Source: the human T2T-CHM13v2.0 reference genome, Homo sapiens
Strand: one strand, 5' to 3'
Length of the DNA: 64,000 bases
Assembly: GCF_009914755.1 (NCBI RefSeq)
Contig: NC_060933.1
The notes beneath the pieces were generated by a model. That model made no database searches and was not told the DNA's origin. It saw only the letters and a list, made by a program, of their open reading frames with translations. Below are positions 30,456-42,837 of this stretch, in pieces. The translations under genes and the position numbers were made by a program. The first letter of the stretch is position 1; every line of letters begins with the position of its first letter.

Positions 30456-31891
30456 AAACAACTTCTTTACTTCCTAGAAAAATTCAGCAAAAACTCCCCT
30501 GATATCTCATACCAAAAAGCTGCTACTCTTCTCTGTACCTACCTATGAAATATATCTCCCTATGTCAATTCCACACCCCCTGTTCTTGGACCCCTCATTA
30601 CACAGACAACTATCCCCATTGCTTCTCCCTTATGCATCTCCCAACAATTACCTGCTGGAATTCCCTTAGGTAACCTCCCATCTTCCCTATGTTCCTTTAC
30701 TCTTCACCTCCAAGGCCCTGCCACCCTAATTAAGCAAAATATTGGAGCATTCCAGCTTCATATTACAGAAAAACACTCCATCATGACTAACAGTCTTAAA
30801 AACATCAGTAGCAACTTTTGCCTAGGAAGACACTTACCCTGCCTCTCTCTCCATCCTTGGCCACCCTCCCCCTGTTAGACAGATTCCCCTCCAAGACCTT
30901 CTTCCTGCCTGCTTATACCTGGTCTTATAAATAACAGTGAATAGCTACTTGTAAATACCAAGCAAAGCGCTTTCCTTTACATTATGAAAATAAAACCTCT
31001 CCCTCTACACAGTTACCCTACCAGACCCCACCACAACCTCTAACAGCCGCTACCCTTGCTGCATCTCTGGGAGTCTGGATGCAGGATTCTGCCTCCAGAA
31101 CACACTTTCATCATTTTACTTTACACTTCCAGTTTCGCCTGCTTCAAGGACTCTTTTTTCTCTGTGGCTCTTTCACCTACATGTGCCTCCCTGCCAACTG
31201 GACAGGCACCTGCATTTTAGTCTTCCTTATTCCCAATATCCAGTTTGCAAATGAGAGCGAACAACTCCCTGTTTCCGTTATAACTCCAACATGACAAAAA
31301 AGAGTCATCCCACTAATCCCCTTTTTTGTAGGATTAGGAGTCTCTACTGCTGCAGTTGGAACAGAAGTAGAAAGCCTTACAACTACCATCACCACATATC
31401 ACAGTCTCTCCAATGACTTCTCCACTAGCCTTACCGATATAACTCAAACACTTTATGTCCTCCAAGCCCAGGTCGATTCCTTAGCTGCAGTTTTCCTTCA
31501 AAATCACCAAGGCCTTGATCTGCTTACTGCTGGAAAAGGAGGACTCTGCCTATTCTTAAATGAATAATGCTGCTTTTACTTAAATCAATCAAGCCTGGTA
31601 TATGACAACATCAAAAAACTTAAAGACAGAGCCCAAAAACTCGCTAATCAGGCAAGTAGTTAAATTGGAAATACCTGGCCTTTCTCTAGCTTAGCTTCAT
31701 GGCTCCTTCCACTGATAGGCCCCTTCGCGCTCATCCTTCTCCTCCTCTTATTTGGGACTTGTCTTTTCAGACTCATCTCTCAGTTCACACAAAATAGCAT
31801 CCAAGCTATTACTAACCAGTCAGTATGACAAATGCTCCTTGTAACAACCCCACAATATCACCCCTTACCCCAAGATCTTTCTTCTGTTTAA
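30456..31891 (+). pseudogene. env: ERV env remnant, HERV-H-like, lacking the N-terminus
   Basis: QLLYFLEKFSKNSPDIS; CLPANWTGTC; cleavage site *QKR/VIPLIP at 31292; immunosuppressive domain LQNHQGLDLLTAGKGGLCLFLNE*CCF from 31496; hydrophobic TM segment. Confidence 0.92.
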
Positions 31892-32061
31892 TCTCTATCA
31901 CTTTAGGTTCCCACGCCACCCCTAATCCCGCTTTAAGAAGCCCTGAGAAACATTGCCCATCATCTTTCCATACCACACCTAAAATTTTCACCACCCCAAC
32001 ACTTCACTACTCTTTCTTGTTTTGTTTTAATTTTTTCATTTTTAACATATAAAGACAGGAA

Positions 32062-32519
32062 TGCAAGGTCCTCTGAGCAGGCTGCGCCATGGTCAAGCCA
32101 TCGTGACCCCTGTGACCCACATGTACACATCCAGAAGGTCTCCTGGAGCCAGAAAGTCTGGCACAACACAAAAAACACAAAAGAAGAAAAAAGGCTAGTT
32201 CCTGTCTTAGCTGATTAGTCAAACTTGCGACATTCTACCATTGTAACAGGCTCTACCCTAACTGATCAATCAACCTTGTGACACTGCTCTGTAACTGTGT
32301 GATAATGTACCTTATGACATTCTTCCACTGCCCACAAAAACCGGCCCCTAACTGTGACTTTTCACTGCCTAACCCTAACCTATAAAACCACTCCAATCCC
32401 ATCACCTGCTGCTGACTCCCTTTTCTGAGTCAGTCTGCTCTTGCCTGAGTGAATAAACAGCCTTGTTGCTTACACTTGGCCTGTTCAGATTGTCTCTTCA
32501 ATTAAATGCATGCATAACA
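32062..32519 (+). promoter_or_regulatory. Proviral 3' LTR, preceded by PPT aaagacaggaa (32051-32061)
   Basis: Direct repeat of 27111-27569. Confidence 0.93.
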
Positions 32520-33980
32520 AAAAGGACTAGTCCAACGGCTATACACCAACGGCGACCAAGCTGAGAATCAAATCAAGAACTCAACCCCATTTACAATAAT
32601 TGCAATAAAATAAAATACTTAGGAATGCACTTAATTGGGAAGGTAAAAGACCTCTACATGGAAAACTACAAAACACTGCTGAAAAAAATCATAGATGTCA
32701 CAAACAAATGGAAACACATCCCATGCTCATGGATGGGTAGAATCAATATTGTGAAAATGACCATACTGCCAAAAATGATCTACAAATTCAATGCAATTCC
32801 CATCAAAATACCACCATCATTCTTCACAGCACTAGAAAAAAAATCTTAAAATTCACATGCAACCAAAAAAGTGCCTGCATAGCCAAAGGAAGACTAAGCA
32901 AAAAGAACAAATCTGGAGGCATTACATTACCTGACTTTTTAATATACTATAAGCCCATAGTCAGCAAAACAACATGTATTGATGTAAAAATAGGCACATA
33001 GACCAAAGGAACAGAATAGAGAACACAGAAATAAACCAAAATACTTACAACCAACTGATCTTTGACAAAGCAAACAAAAACATAAAGTGAGGAAAAGACA
33101 CCATATTCAACAAATGGTGCTGGAATAATTGGCAAGCCACATGTAGAAGAAGGAAACTGAATCCTCATCTCTCACCTTATACAAAAATCAACTCAAGATG
33201 GATTAATTACTCAAATCTAGGACATAATACCATACAAATTAGAGAGGATAACATTGGAAAAACCCTTCTAGATATTGGCTTAGGAAAGATTTTATGACCA
33301 AGAACCCAAAAGCAAATGCAACAAAAACAGAGATAAATACATGGGATTTAATTAAATTAAAAAGCTTCTGCACAGCAAAAGAAATAATCAGCAGAGTAAA
33401 CAGAAAACCCATAGAGTGGGAGAAAATCTTCTCAATTTATACACCTGACAAAGGACTAATATCCAGAATCTATGAGGAACTCAAACAAATCAGCAAGAAA
33501 AAAATAAACAATGCTGTCAAAAAGTGAGCTAAAGACATGAATAGACAATTCGCAAAAGAAAATATAACAATGGCCAACAAAAATATGAAAAAAATGCTAA
33601 ACATCACTAATTATCAGGGAAATGAAAATCAAAACCACAAGGCAATAGCACCTAATTCCTGTAAGAATGGCCATAATCAAAATATCAAAAAATAATAGAT
33701 GGGGTGGATGTGGTGAAAAGGGAACACTTTTACACTGTTGGTGGAAATGTAAAGTAGTACAATCACTATGGAAAACAGTGTGGAGATTCCTTAAAGAACT
33801 AAAAGTAGATCTCCCATTTCATCTAGCAATCCCACTGCTAGCTATCTACCTAGAAGAATAGAAGTCATTATATGAAATAGATACTTGCACATGCATGTTT
33901 ATAGTAGCATAATTTGCAATTGCAAAAATATGGAACCAGTCCAAATGCCCATCAATCAATGAGTGGATAAAGAAAATGTG

Positions 33981-34040
33981 ATATCTATCTATCTATCTAT
34001 CTAGATACATACATACATACATAGACAAAGACATATATAC
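33981..34040. repeat. Compound (ATCT)n/(ATAC)n simple repeat within L1PB
   Basis: Directly visible. Confidence 0.85.
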
Positions 34041-34115
34041 CTTGAAATACTTCTCAGCCATAAAAATAATGAAATGGTATTCACAGCAACCTGAATGTAA
34101 TTGGAGACAATTCTT

Positions 34116-35013
34116 TTTTTTCTTTTTTTTTTAGATATTTTACTTTAAGTTCTGGGATACAAGTGCAGAAAGTGTAGGTTTGTTATATAGGTATACATGT
34201 GTCATAGTGGTTTGCTGCACCTATCAACCCACCATGTAGGTTTTAAGCCTGGATGCATTAGCTCTTTGTCCTAATGCTGTCCCTCCCCTTGCTCCCCATC
34301 CCCTGACTGGCTCCAGTGTGTGTTTTCCCCTCCCTGTGTCTATGTGTTCTCATTGTTCAACTCCCATTTATGAGTGAGAACATGAGGTGTTTGGTTTTAT
34401 GCTCCTGTGTAGTTTGCTGAGGATGATGGCTTCCAGCTTCATCCATGTTCCTGCAAAGGACATGATCTCATTGCTTTTTATAGCGCATAGTATTCCATCA
34501 TGTATATGTACCACGTTTTCTTTATACAGTCTATCATTTCTGGTTCTAGATCCTTGAGGAATTGCCACACTGCCTTCTACAATGGTTGAACTAATGGACA
34601 TTCCCACCAACGTTGTAAAAGTGTTCCTATTTCCCCACAGCCTTGCCAGCAGTTATTGTTTCTTGACTTTCTAATAATCACCATTCTGACTGGTGTGAGA
34701 TGGTATCTCATCGTGGTTTTAATTTGCATTTCTCTAATGATTAGTGATATTGAGGTTTTTTTCATGTTTGTTGGCCATGTAAATGTCTTATTTTGAGAAG
34801 TGTCTGTTCATATCTTTTGCCCACTTTTTGATGGGGTTGTTTGTTTTTTTCTTGTAAATTTGTTTAAGTTCCTTATAAATTCTGGATATTAGACCTTTTT
34901 CAGATGGGTAGATTTCAAAAGTTCTCTCCCATTCTCTAGGCTGCCTGTTCACTCTGATAGTTCCTTTTGCTGTGCAGAAGCTCTTTAGTTTATTTAGATC
35001 TAATTTGTCAATT
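34116..35013 (-). mobile_element. 5'-truncated L1PA8-10-like element inserted antisense into L1PB
   Basis: Poly-T then tactttaagttctgggatac; ggttttaagcc...gcattagct signature; degenerate TSD ttggagacaattctt (34101-34115) / ttggagaccattatt (35014-35028); internal deletion near 34539. Confidence 0.9.
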
Positions 35014-36044
35014 TTGGAGACCATTATTCTAAGTGAAGTAACTCAGGAATGGAAAAACCAAACATTGTTCTTACTTATAAGTAGGAGCTATGAGGATTCA
35101 AAGGCATAAGAACGATACAATGGACTTTGGGGACTTAGGGAAAAGGGTGGAAGGGAGGTTAGGGATAAAATACTGCAAATTGGGTAACAGTGTACACTGC
35201 TCAGGTGATTGGCACGCCAAAATCTCAGAAATCACCACTAAAGAACTATTCACATAACCAAACACCACCTGTTCTTCAAAAATCTATTGAAATTAAAAAA
35301 ATTGAAAAAGTAGAAAGTCTATTTCAACATTTTGGTTTACGTGGTACCAAATAACAATTCTAAGCAATCAGTTTTCTTAGCTTGGTGATAGTTGTACTAC
35401 ATTTACTAAAACAACTTGTAAATGGAATATCTTATTGTCACAATAACATCTTGCCTGTAGTTTAGCCTATTCTAACAATGTTACCTAGGGTCATTAAACC
35501 CAACATATTTTTCAGCACAGTCTGTACTGGCACAATTCCTTGTATGCCTTATCAGCAGCATATTCTTGCTGTATGTGCACAGATGAAAATAGCAATGTCA
35601 GACTCAACAACTGTCACATTTGATGGGACATCATTTTTGGTAAAGACAGCTGTGGATGCTAAATTGAGGTTTCCTATGCACCCTCACTCCCACCACTTTT
35701 AAGAAAGTCACCCATTGATAGGCTTTATATTTTTGTTTTGCACTTGTATTTGGATGCCGAGGAGACAAATAATGTACCAGCTCCATGGCATGGGAGAGGG
35801 AGGAAAGAAACTTACCTGTCAAATGTGGAACTTTCATTTATCTCAGAGGAGATGGCACACTGCTATTACTGACAAGGCCCTTTAAAATCCTGGGAGATAA
35901 CTGGATCTCTTTAGGAGATCATTGTTATGTTGTATTTACAAGTTGTTTCTTCAAGTATCTAGAAGATCTTTTGAATTCTACTCTGATGTTCTCACAATTC
36001 AATGGCATCACACTGCCCTCCCATTCTTCTTCCATTGCTGACTC

Positions 36045-36366
36045 CAGGGGTCAGCAAACTTTCTCTGGAAAGGGCTAAAGAGTAAATATTTTAGGGTTTG
36101 TGAGCCATAGGTCTCTGTTACAACTACTAAACTCTGTCACATCAAAAGCAGGCATAGACAATATGTGAATGGACATGGTTCAGTTCCAATAAAACTTTAT
36201 TTATGACATTGATTTTAAATTTCATATAATTTTTACATTTCAAAAAATATTATTCTTGTCATGATTTATTCCATATTTCCAAATAGAAAAAGAAATTTAA
36301 CTCACAGACCATTAAAGAAACATAGTGGTCAGGTTTGACATACAGGCTATAGTTTGCTGACCTCTG
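36045..36366. mobile_element. MER58 (B-like) hAT-Charlie MITE
   Basis: Terminal inverted repeats caggggtcagcaaact / agtttgctgacctctg; internal gttccaataaaactttattt. Confidence 0.88.
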
Positions 36367-37637
36367 GTCTACACAATTATAGCTTCTCTGTTTATCTCAT
36401 GTTAAGAAAATATATAGATGTCCCTTGTGAGACAGACTATCATTTCCAAATACTGAGATGCCTAAGCCTAAGACTTGTCAATTGTCTTTATCAGAAAACT
36501 GAGAGCCACGACTGTATATATTTTTCAAATGCCAAAAGAGTTATCCCATTCTGAAACAAAAATGGCCTGCTATCCCTTTCAAGGCACATTCGTTCATTTT
36601 CTGGCTTGTCTAGACATCTTAAGTTAAAAAGACAAGGTAGTAACCTGCAAACACGGTACTTATAATTTCTTTACTTTCAGGATTGTCTTTGTGCTATGAA
36701 GACAGAAACATGAAACTTAATTTATTCTTGAAATTTTAGTGTGGTTGAATGGTAAGCCCCAGTGGCATCAGTCAGAGTTGTGTCTGACACAATCAGGAAC
36801 TATGTTCAATTCCATTCTTGTGATTTCTATCGCTACTTAATCAAGAGAATTTGATCTTGACTGCTTTAATTGGAGAGCCACTCATAAACATATACCAGGT
36901 AATATTAGCTTCCAGGATAGTTCAAACCTCTTCAAGATGCTCACTAAATAGGACTCACCTCCTCATTGAGTTCCTCAAAGGGATAACAGTAGGATGTCTA
37001 GTGGGACAAAGTCAGTGAGTTTATATAACGCTCTTCAAATATTGGGCAACCACTTAAAGGGTTGCTATGTTTTACTTATTTTGTTTTCATCTTCTGCTTT
37101 CTGTGGAGAGACACTTTTTTTTGGTTGTTGTTCTTTATTTTGTTTCCTGGTGTGTCAGTAAAGACCAATATAATCATGTTATCACTTTGTAAGTTGGTTT
37201 GAAATGGGTAAAATCATAGCCTGAATCCCAGAAATACATAATTGTACATGCAGGTTAATCTGGACAGGTTAACACAGCAGTGGTTGGACGGTGTTTGTCA
37301 GATCCCCACAGTAAACTATTTAGCCTAATGTCCTGCTTCTGAGTGGTTTACTAAACACTGCATGTCATGAAACATTATTATCATAATTTTCAAACTGAAG
37401 TTTATAGACTGCAACCTTGAGTTTCCCAGAGAATATATGAAACTACAGAAAAAATATGCCCATATCTCTGGAGCTTTAATTTTATTTAAAGTTCAGTTAA
37501 ATTTATTCATTGTATATTTAAATAGTATAAGTAGATTACAGAGTAGAATTTAAATTATCATAGATTTCAAAAATTAAATAAAACAATGTAAAGCGTTTGT
37601 TATATAAATGATCAATTTATCTACCTCCTCATTAGAC

Positions 37638-38003
37638 TGATGTGGTTTGGCTGTGTCCCCATCCAAATCTCATCTTGAGTTGTAGCTCCCATAATTCTCA
37701 CATGTCCTGGGAGGGACTCAGTGGGAGGTAATCGAATCATGGGCATGGGTCTTTCCTGTGCTGTTCTCGTGATAGTGAAAAAGTCTCATGAGATCTGATA
37801 ACTTTATAAAGAGGAATTTCCCTGCACAAGTCCTCTTCTCTTGTCTGCCGTGTTAAGATATGACTTTGCTCCTCATTCAGCTTCCACCATGATAGTGTGG
37901 CCTCCCCAGCCATGTGGAACTGAGTCCATTAAACCTCTTTTTCTTTATAAATTACCCAGTCTTCGGAATGTCTCTATTGGCAACATAAGAACAGGCTAAT
38001 ACA
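37638..38003 (+). mobile_element. THE1 solo LTR
   Basis: tgatgtggtttggctgtgtccccatccaaatctcatcttg ... ggctaataca. Confidence 0.93.
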
Positions 38004-40123
38004 AGATCAAGGTGACTAACATGACTCTCTAATGCCATTAGTGATTTTTAGCAGAAAATTTTAGGAAACATTGTTACATGCTACTGACACCTTCATGACT
38101 TGAGACGGCATTGGAATGACTCTATGATCAAACAAAACCTAAAGAAAGAGGGAAAAGTAAAACTCATCCTCTGGTTCTCTTATTCTTTAAATATACCAAA
38201 TGTTGGTAAAGTTAAATGGACTCATCCACTGCAAAGTGTACATTATCTCTCTAACTCAGGTATTATTATTTAAAAGTCACTGGGTCTAGGAGTCTTCATA
38301 GATGTTCTTCTTCCAAGTCTTTTTAAGTCACTTCTTTTTTTCTGTGCCCCTTTTTGCCTTGGAAAAGGGGCTTCTACCTTCCTTCTGTACATTATAAGGT
38401 TTTCACAAAAAAATTGAAATAATATAAAGGTAGATTGAAAAGCAGATAATAATACTTTATAAATATTTAGGCTAGAAGGAATAAAATAATATTACTGGAC
38501 ATATGAAGTCAAAAGATAAAAGAGATAAATGAGATAAAAGAGAGTTCGGTATAATGTTTTCTACTTCCCACCTCTTCCCCACTTGCCTTTCCTTTTCTAT
38601 GGTTATTGGAGAAAATGAGTTAATCATTTGCTTTTAATTAATAATTTGTTTTTAATTATGGGAATAACTGAGAAATGCTTCACTTTATTAGGAGAAAACC
38701 TTTTTTTCCACCACTGAAGTTATTGGAAAAGGCAAAAATTGCACTGGCTTTTAATCCTACTAGAAATTGTTGTCTTTCTTTTCTTTCTTTGTTTGACAAC
38801 AGTACAAAATGACAGATGTGTGAAAAGAAGAAAGAGAACTAGGAAAATATGATAATAACCACAAGTAGCTTCCCAGATTTATTTCCAGTTGATTTTACAT
38901 CTGGTCCAACTGTATTGTTTGTTGATATTCTGTTGGCAACAGACATGAGCCACATGTCTCTCTAGCTCTTATTAACATTTTCATATCTAGATAACAGAAT
39001 TTGATAAAAATATGTAGCAATGATCTTAGTAATCCCACCGTTACATTCTCAAAGTTGCCGTCTTTTCACCTCTAGATTCAAAAGGTCACCCAGTCTAATC
39101 TGTTCTGGGTATTTATAAATATCTCTAGTTTCTCTTTTGTCAGGACTCACTCTTTGCTAATTCAAAGCATCATTATCCACCCATATCTGAGTGCAGCACT
39201 AGCCTCCTAATGTCTTTCTGGAGTGGGCATTTCAATCTACCTATTTTACTGACACTATTCCTCAGATTTGCATATAAATACCTGACCATATTCCTAGCTA
39301 TTTCTGTTGTGTCCCAGGTGCCTATAAAACCAACTCCCTGTGTTTTAAGAAGGCATGTAAGACTTTTAATATTGGTTATTAATCTGCTTTGTATTTCCAC
39401 GATCTAATCTGTTTCCATTTACCAACATATTTTAGCAATTTTGAACACAATTTCTCATATTCCACATCCTGTCATATCTCTGGCCCTTCTACTCTGCTTG
39501 GATTTTCAGGTCTGTCATTCATCCTCTAGACTCAGCTCAATATCAGCTCCTCTGTGAAGTCCTTAGTGACATTCCTAGCTGTAAAAGCTAAGTAAGCCCA
39601 TTGGATAGGACAATGAATTAATTTTCTCCTAGGCATGGCTCCCATCTCAGAATTATTTTTATGATAACACTTTTACTAAGAGGAAAAATTATTTGGCATA
39701 AACAATGCTGTAGAAACAAACACAAATACAGCTTATCCAAATGTATTTTAATGTTTAAATGGCTTTTTTCAATTATCAAATTATGAAGAAAAATAATTAT
39801 CTTTTCATTACTTTCTTCTTTCCATACATAGGGCCTTTAATCCAAGAATATCAATGTTCTCTCAGTACATTAAGTTTTTCTAAATGACTGTAGATACTGA
39901 CAGTACCACATAACTATGGATTAGGGGAAAAAGAAAACTGAATGTTTGTTATTTGTCTAATGCTACATGGGAACTCCATTACCTCAGAGAGGGAGAGAAG
40001 AATATCAGGTCTTCAAAATCCCACAGTGGGTGAAAAACATTCATAAAACTCATATCCAACCCATCTCTCTGTGTAAACTCCTACAAGTGTTATTTTCAAA
40101 TGTTGACAGATGCTGCAACTACT

Positions 40124-40534
40124 TGTTATGGTTTTAATGTTTGTCCCCTCCAAAATTCATGTTGAAGCTTAATCCTCAATGTGGTAGTATTGATAAGTGG
40201 AGCCTTTAAGAGGTGATTGGGTTAGGAGGGCTCTGACTTCATAAATGAATTAATCTGTTCATAGAACAATAGATGATTATGGGAGTGGGACTGGTGGCTT
40301 TATAAAAAGAGGAAAAGATACTTGAGCTAGCAAGTTCAGCCCTCCTCACCAGAAAATACCCTGTGCCACCTTGGGACTCTGCAGAGTCCTCACCAGCAAG
40401 AAGACCTTCACCAGATGCAACCTCTCAACCTTGTACTTCTTAGACTCCATAACTATAAGAAATAAATTCCTATTCTTTATATATTATCCAGTTTCACATA
40501 TTCTATTATAAGCAACAGAAAATGAACTAAGATA
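40124..40534 (+). mobile_element. MST (MSTC-like) MaLR solo LTR
   Basis: tgttatggttttaatgtttgtcccctccaaaattcatgttgaa...gggagtgggactggtggctttataa...gaactaagata. Confidence 0.88.
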
Positions 40535-42621
40535 TCACCTTTCCAAAGATTTACTAAGTATAGAAGAGAAAGTAAGTAATTTTAGGGCTAGACAAAGTTA
40601 AATAGACGCACTCTTAACAGAAGTAAGACTTTCTGCATTCTGCCTCCAGTCTCATGAGATGGCAGGGCTTCTGGACCTCGCTTCATTGTTTTTGTGTGTT
40701 TCCTACAAATGTAGCAGCCATTTTGCCACATATTTCTTTAATATTTCAGATCATTGTTTAATGGAATTTTGTCATCTTGGCTTAATTACCTTCTTTGCTA
40801 CCCCTTGGAGATTTTGTAAATACGAAATGTTTCTAGAATAAAAAATTAATGTTTTGAAATAACATGCAAAAATGATGACCCAGAATTTTCACAGAGTTTA
40901 AAAAATAACACATTGTATCAAATTCCCTATTTGTAGATTGTTTTCACTCCTATAATATGGCTGCAGGGGCTGTATTTCTTCTTCTGTCACTCATTTCAGA
41001 GGTCTAAGCTGAGGCCATCACCTCCTATTCTTCTAGAAATAATATTACATATATAACTAATCCTCAGAAAACTATTTGGTTTTGGGGTTATTTTGATATT
41101 AGCCCCTGAGATATAATAGTTACCTAAAGGGAAAAGAGAAAGTTGTATTTTCTTTGCTCTATAATTTCAACTGACATTTCTCAGCAAGTCCCATCTTTTT
41201 ATCTTGATCAGAAATACAGGTGCTTCTGCTTCTTATCAATGCTTCCCTTTTTAGCAGTTCTATGAGTTCTACCCCTACTTTGGAAACATCTCTGGATTCT
41301 ATTTAACAGTTATCAATATATATTGCATTGTATTACAATTATTGGTATAATGGCTTATTGCTTCAAATACATTTAAAACTTCTTGAGTAAAACGATGTTA
41401 AAACATTAATCTTTACATTCAAAAAAGTGTTGCAGCACAGTGCTTTCACACAGTAAGTACTCAAATTATGTTTGTCAAGTGAAAACAAAGTGATATTATA
41501 TATTTAAACAACACTATTTGAATAGAATGGGAATGGTGTCAAAACTATTGTTTAAACAAAACAATACCAAAAAAACTGATAATAGAGAGCTTACATATTG
41601 CTAACTTTTTATTGTAATATTAACTAGCCTCAACCATCATATGCAATCCTTATATATATGCAAATATGCTCTTGCTTGAGTGGGTTACATCTGCCCAACC
41701 ACAGTCAGACAGGGAGAATCTCTTCGCAGAGCTGGAATCAGACTGGCTTGCCCCTCTTCTCTGAGCTCTCGCAGTCTTGGAAACCAGCTGGGGCCCACCA
41801 ATCACTGGGAAAACCATCACCACTCCTGTGTTCAAATTGTGTTTATTATCTGTCAGCCTCAATGCACTAAATGAGACTCTAACGATTGAAAGAGTTAATG
41901 GCCCTCCAAAAAGTAAACATCTCAGTCGCATATGATTGTTAGAATCAGCCTCATTATGTTTTATCTGCAGTTTTGATTTCTTTTCTCTTTTTTTTTCTTT
42001 CCCTAAGTGAAAACACTGGATCACTAAATTCAATTTTAAAAACTTTATAATTGTTTTAAAATAATTACAATTTTTAAATTCCCAAGTTATTTTCCCTTTG
42101 CTCTGTCCATAAATTTATTTCAATTATGTCTTCAGTTAAGAATATCTAGCACAGCAAAATCCAAACATAGTGAAATATTGATCAATCTGTAAGACTGATA
42201 ATCTTAAAGATTAAACAAAGTTGTCTTAAAATTCGAAAAATTTCCTGCTTTTCATAGATTTATATCTATCAGCAGACATATCCCTATTTGTTGCCCTATC
42301 ATTTGTATGCATATATAAGATATATGTAAATAAATATATATTTATAGATATTTGTTTATAGATATCTGATTTCTGATAGGTAATCAAGTAAGTAGTAAAC
42401 TGTGTGGAATATCAAGAAGATGTAGTTTAGAGTAAGGTGTTTTCTTCAGAAAATGCCTTATACAAATAAATACAAACATTTAAAAGCCACAGATAGGAAC
42501 CTCTAAATTGGTCAGATCATGAATTTGGGGAGGCCAAATGTATTAAGGAAAGGAACCAGATATAACAAAGTGAGTAAAGCATTGTTACTTATTAACCCTT
42601 TGATTTTGAGCAGGTAACACA

Positions 42622-42710
42622 TTCATTCATTCATTCATTCATTCATCAGTTAATCCATCTTTCTTTTCATTTCATCCGTCATCCATCCACCTATCCAGCT
42701 ATACATTTAT
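42622..42710. repeat. (TTCA)n/(TCCA)n simple repeat
   Basis: cattcattcattcattcattcattca followed by degenerate atcc units. Confidence 0.8.
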
Positions 42711-42837
42711 CCATGACTTAATGTAGAGCTTAGAACAAGCTGCTCAGTTTATCATTTAATACATAAACACGCTAATAAATAATAATGTTAATTTTTATTA
42801 GATTAATTGTTTAAATCTGGTTATTTGGTTGAGGGAA

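Larger units (their letters stand above)
27111..32519 (+). mobile_element. Class I endogenous retrovirus, HERV-H/HERV-F clade provirus, internally deleted (5.4 kb)
   Basis: Paired LTRs, PBS, gag-pro-partial pol-partial env and PPT; 5-bp TSD aaaag at 27106-27110 and 32520-32524. Confidence 0.95.
24698..35305 (+). mobile_element. Full-span L1PB (PB1/PB2-like), interrupted by two insertions and an ORF2 deletion
   Basis: 5' aatggcagatagaaggcaggactaacttgcagctcc; ORF1 from ~25730 (MRRNKKNNSGNMTK); ORF2 endonuclease start ~26830-27110; ORF2 3' part 32538-34115; L1PB 3'UTR 35029-35305; TSD aaaagtagaaaatct (24683-24697) / aaaagtagaaagtct (35306-35320). Confidence 0.92.

Noticed and set aside
30456-31891. 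Co-opted syncytin-like env
   Set aside because: No N-terminus, and stops at the furin site (31292) and within the CX6CC region.
38512-38543. Three tandem AGATAA (GATA-like) motifs
   Set aside because: Explained by low-complexity AG-rich slippage in AT-rich DNA.
41650-42033. 127-aa minus-strand ORF in unique DNA
   Set aside because: Non-ATG start, low-complexity lysine run from a poly-T tract, no recognisable domain.
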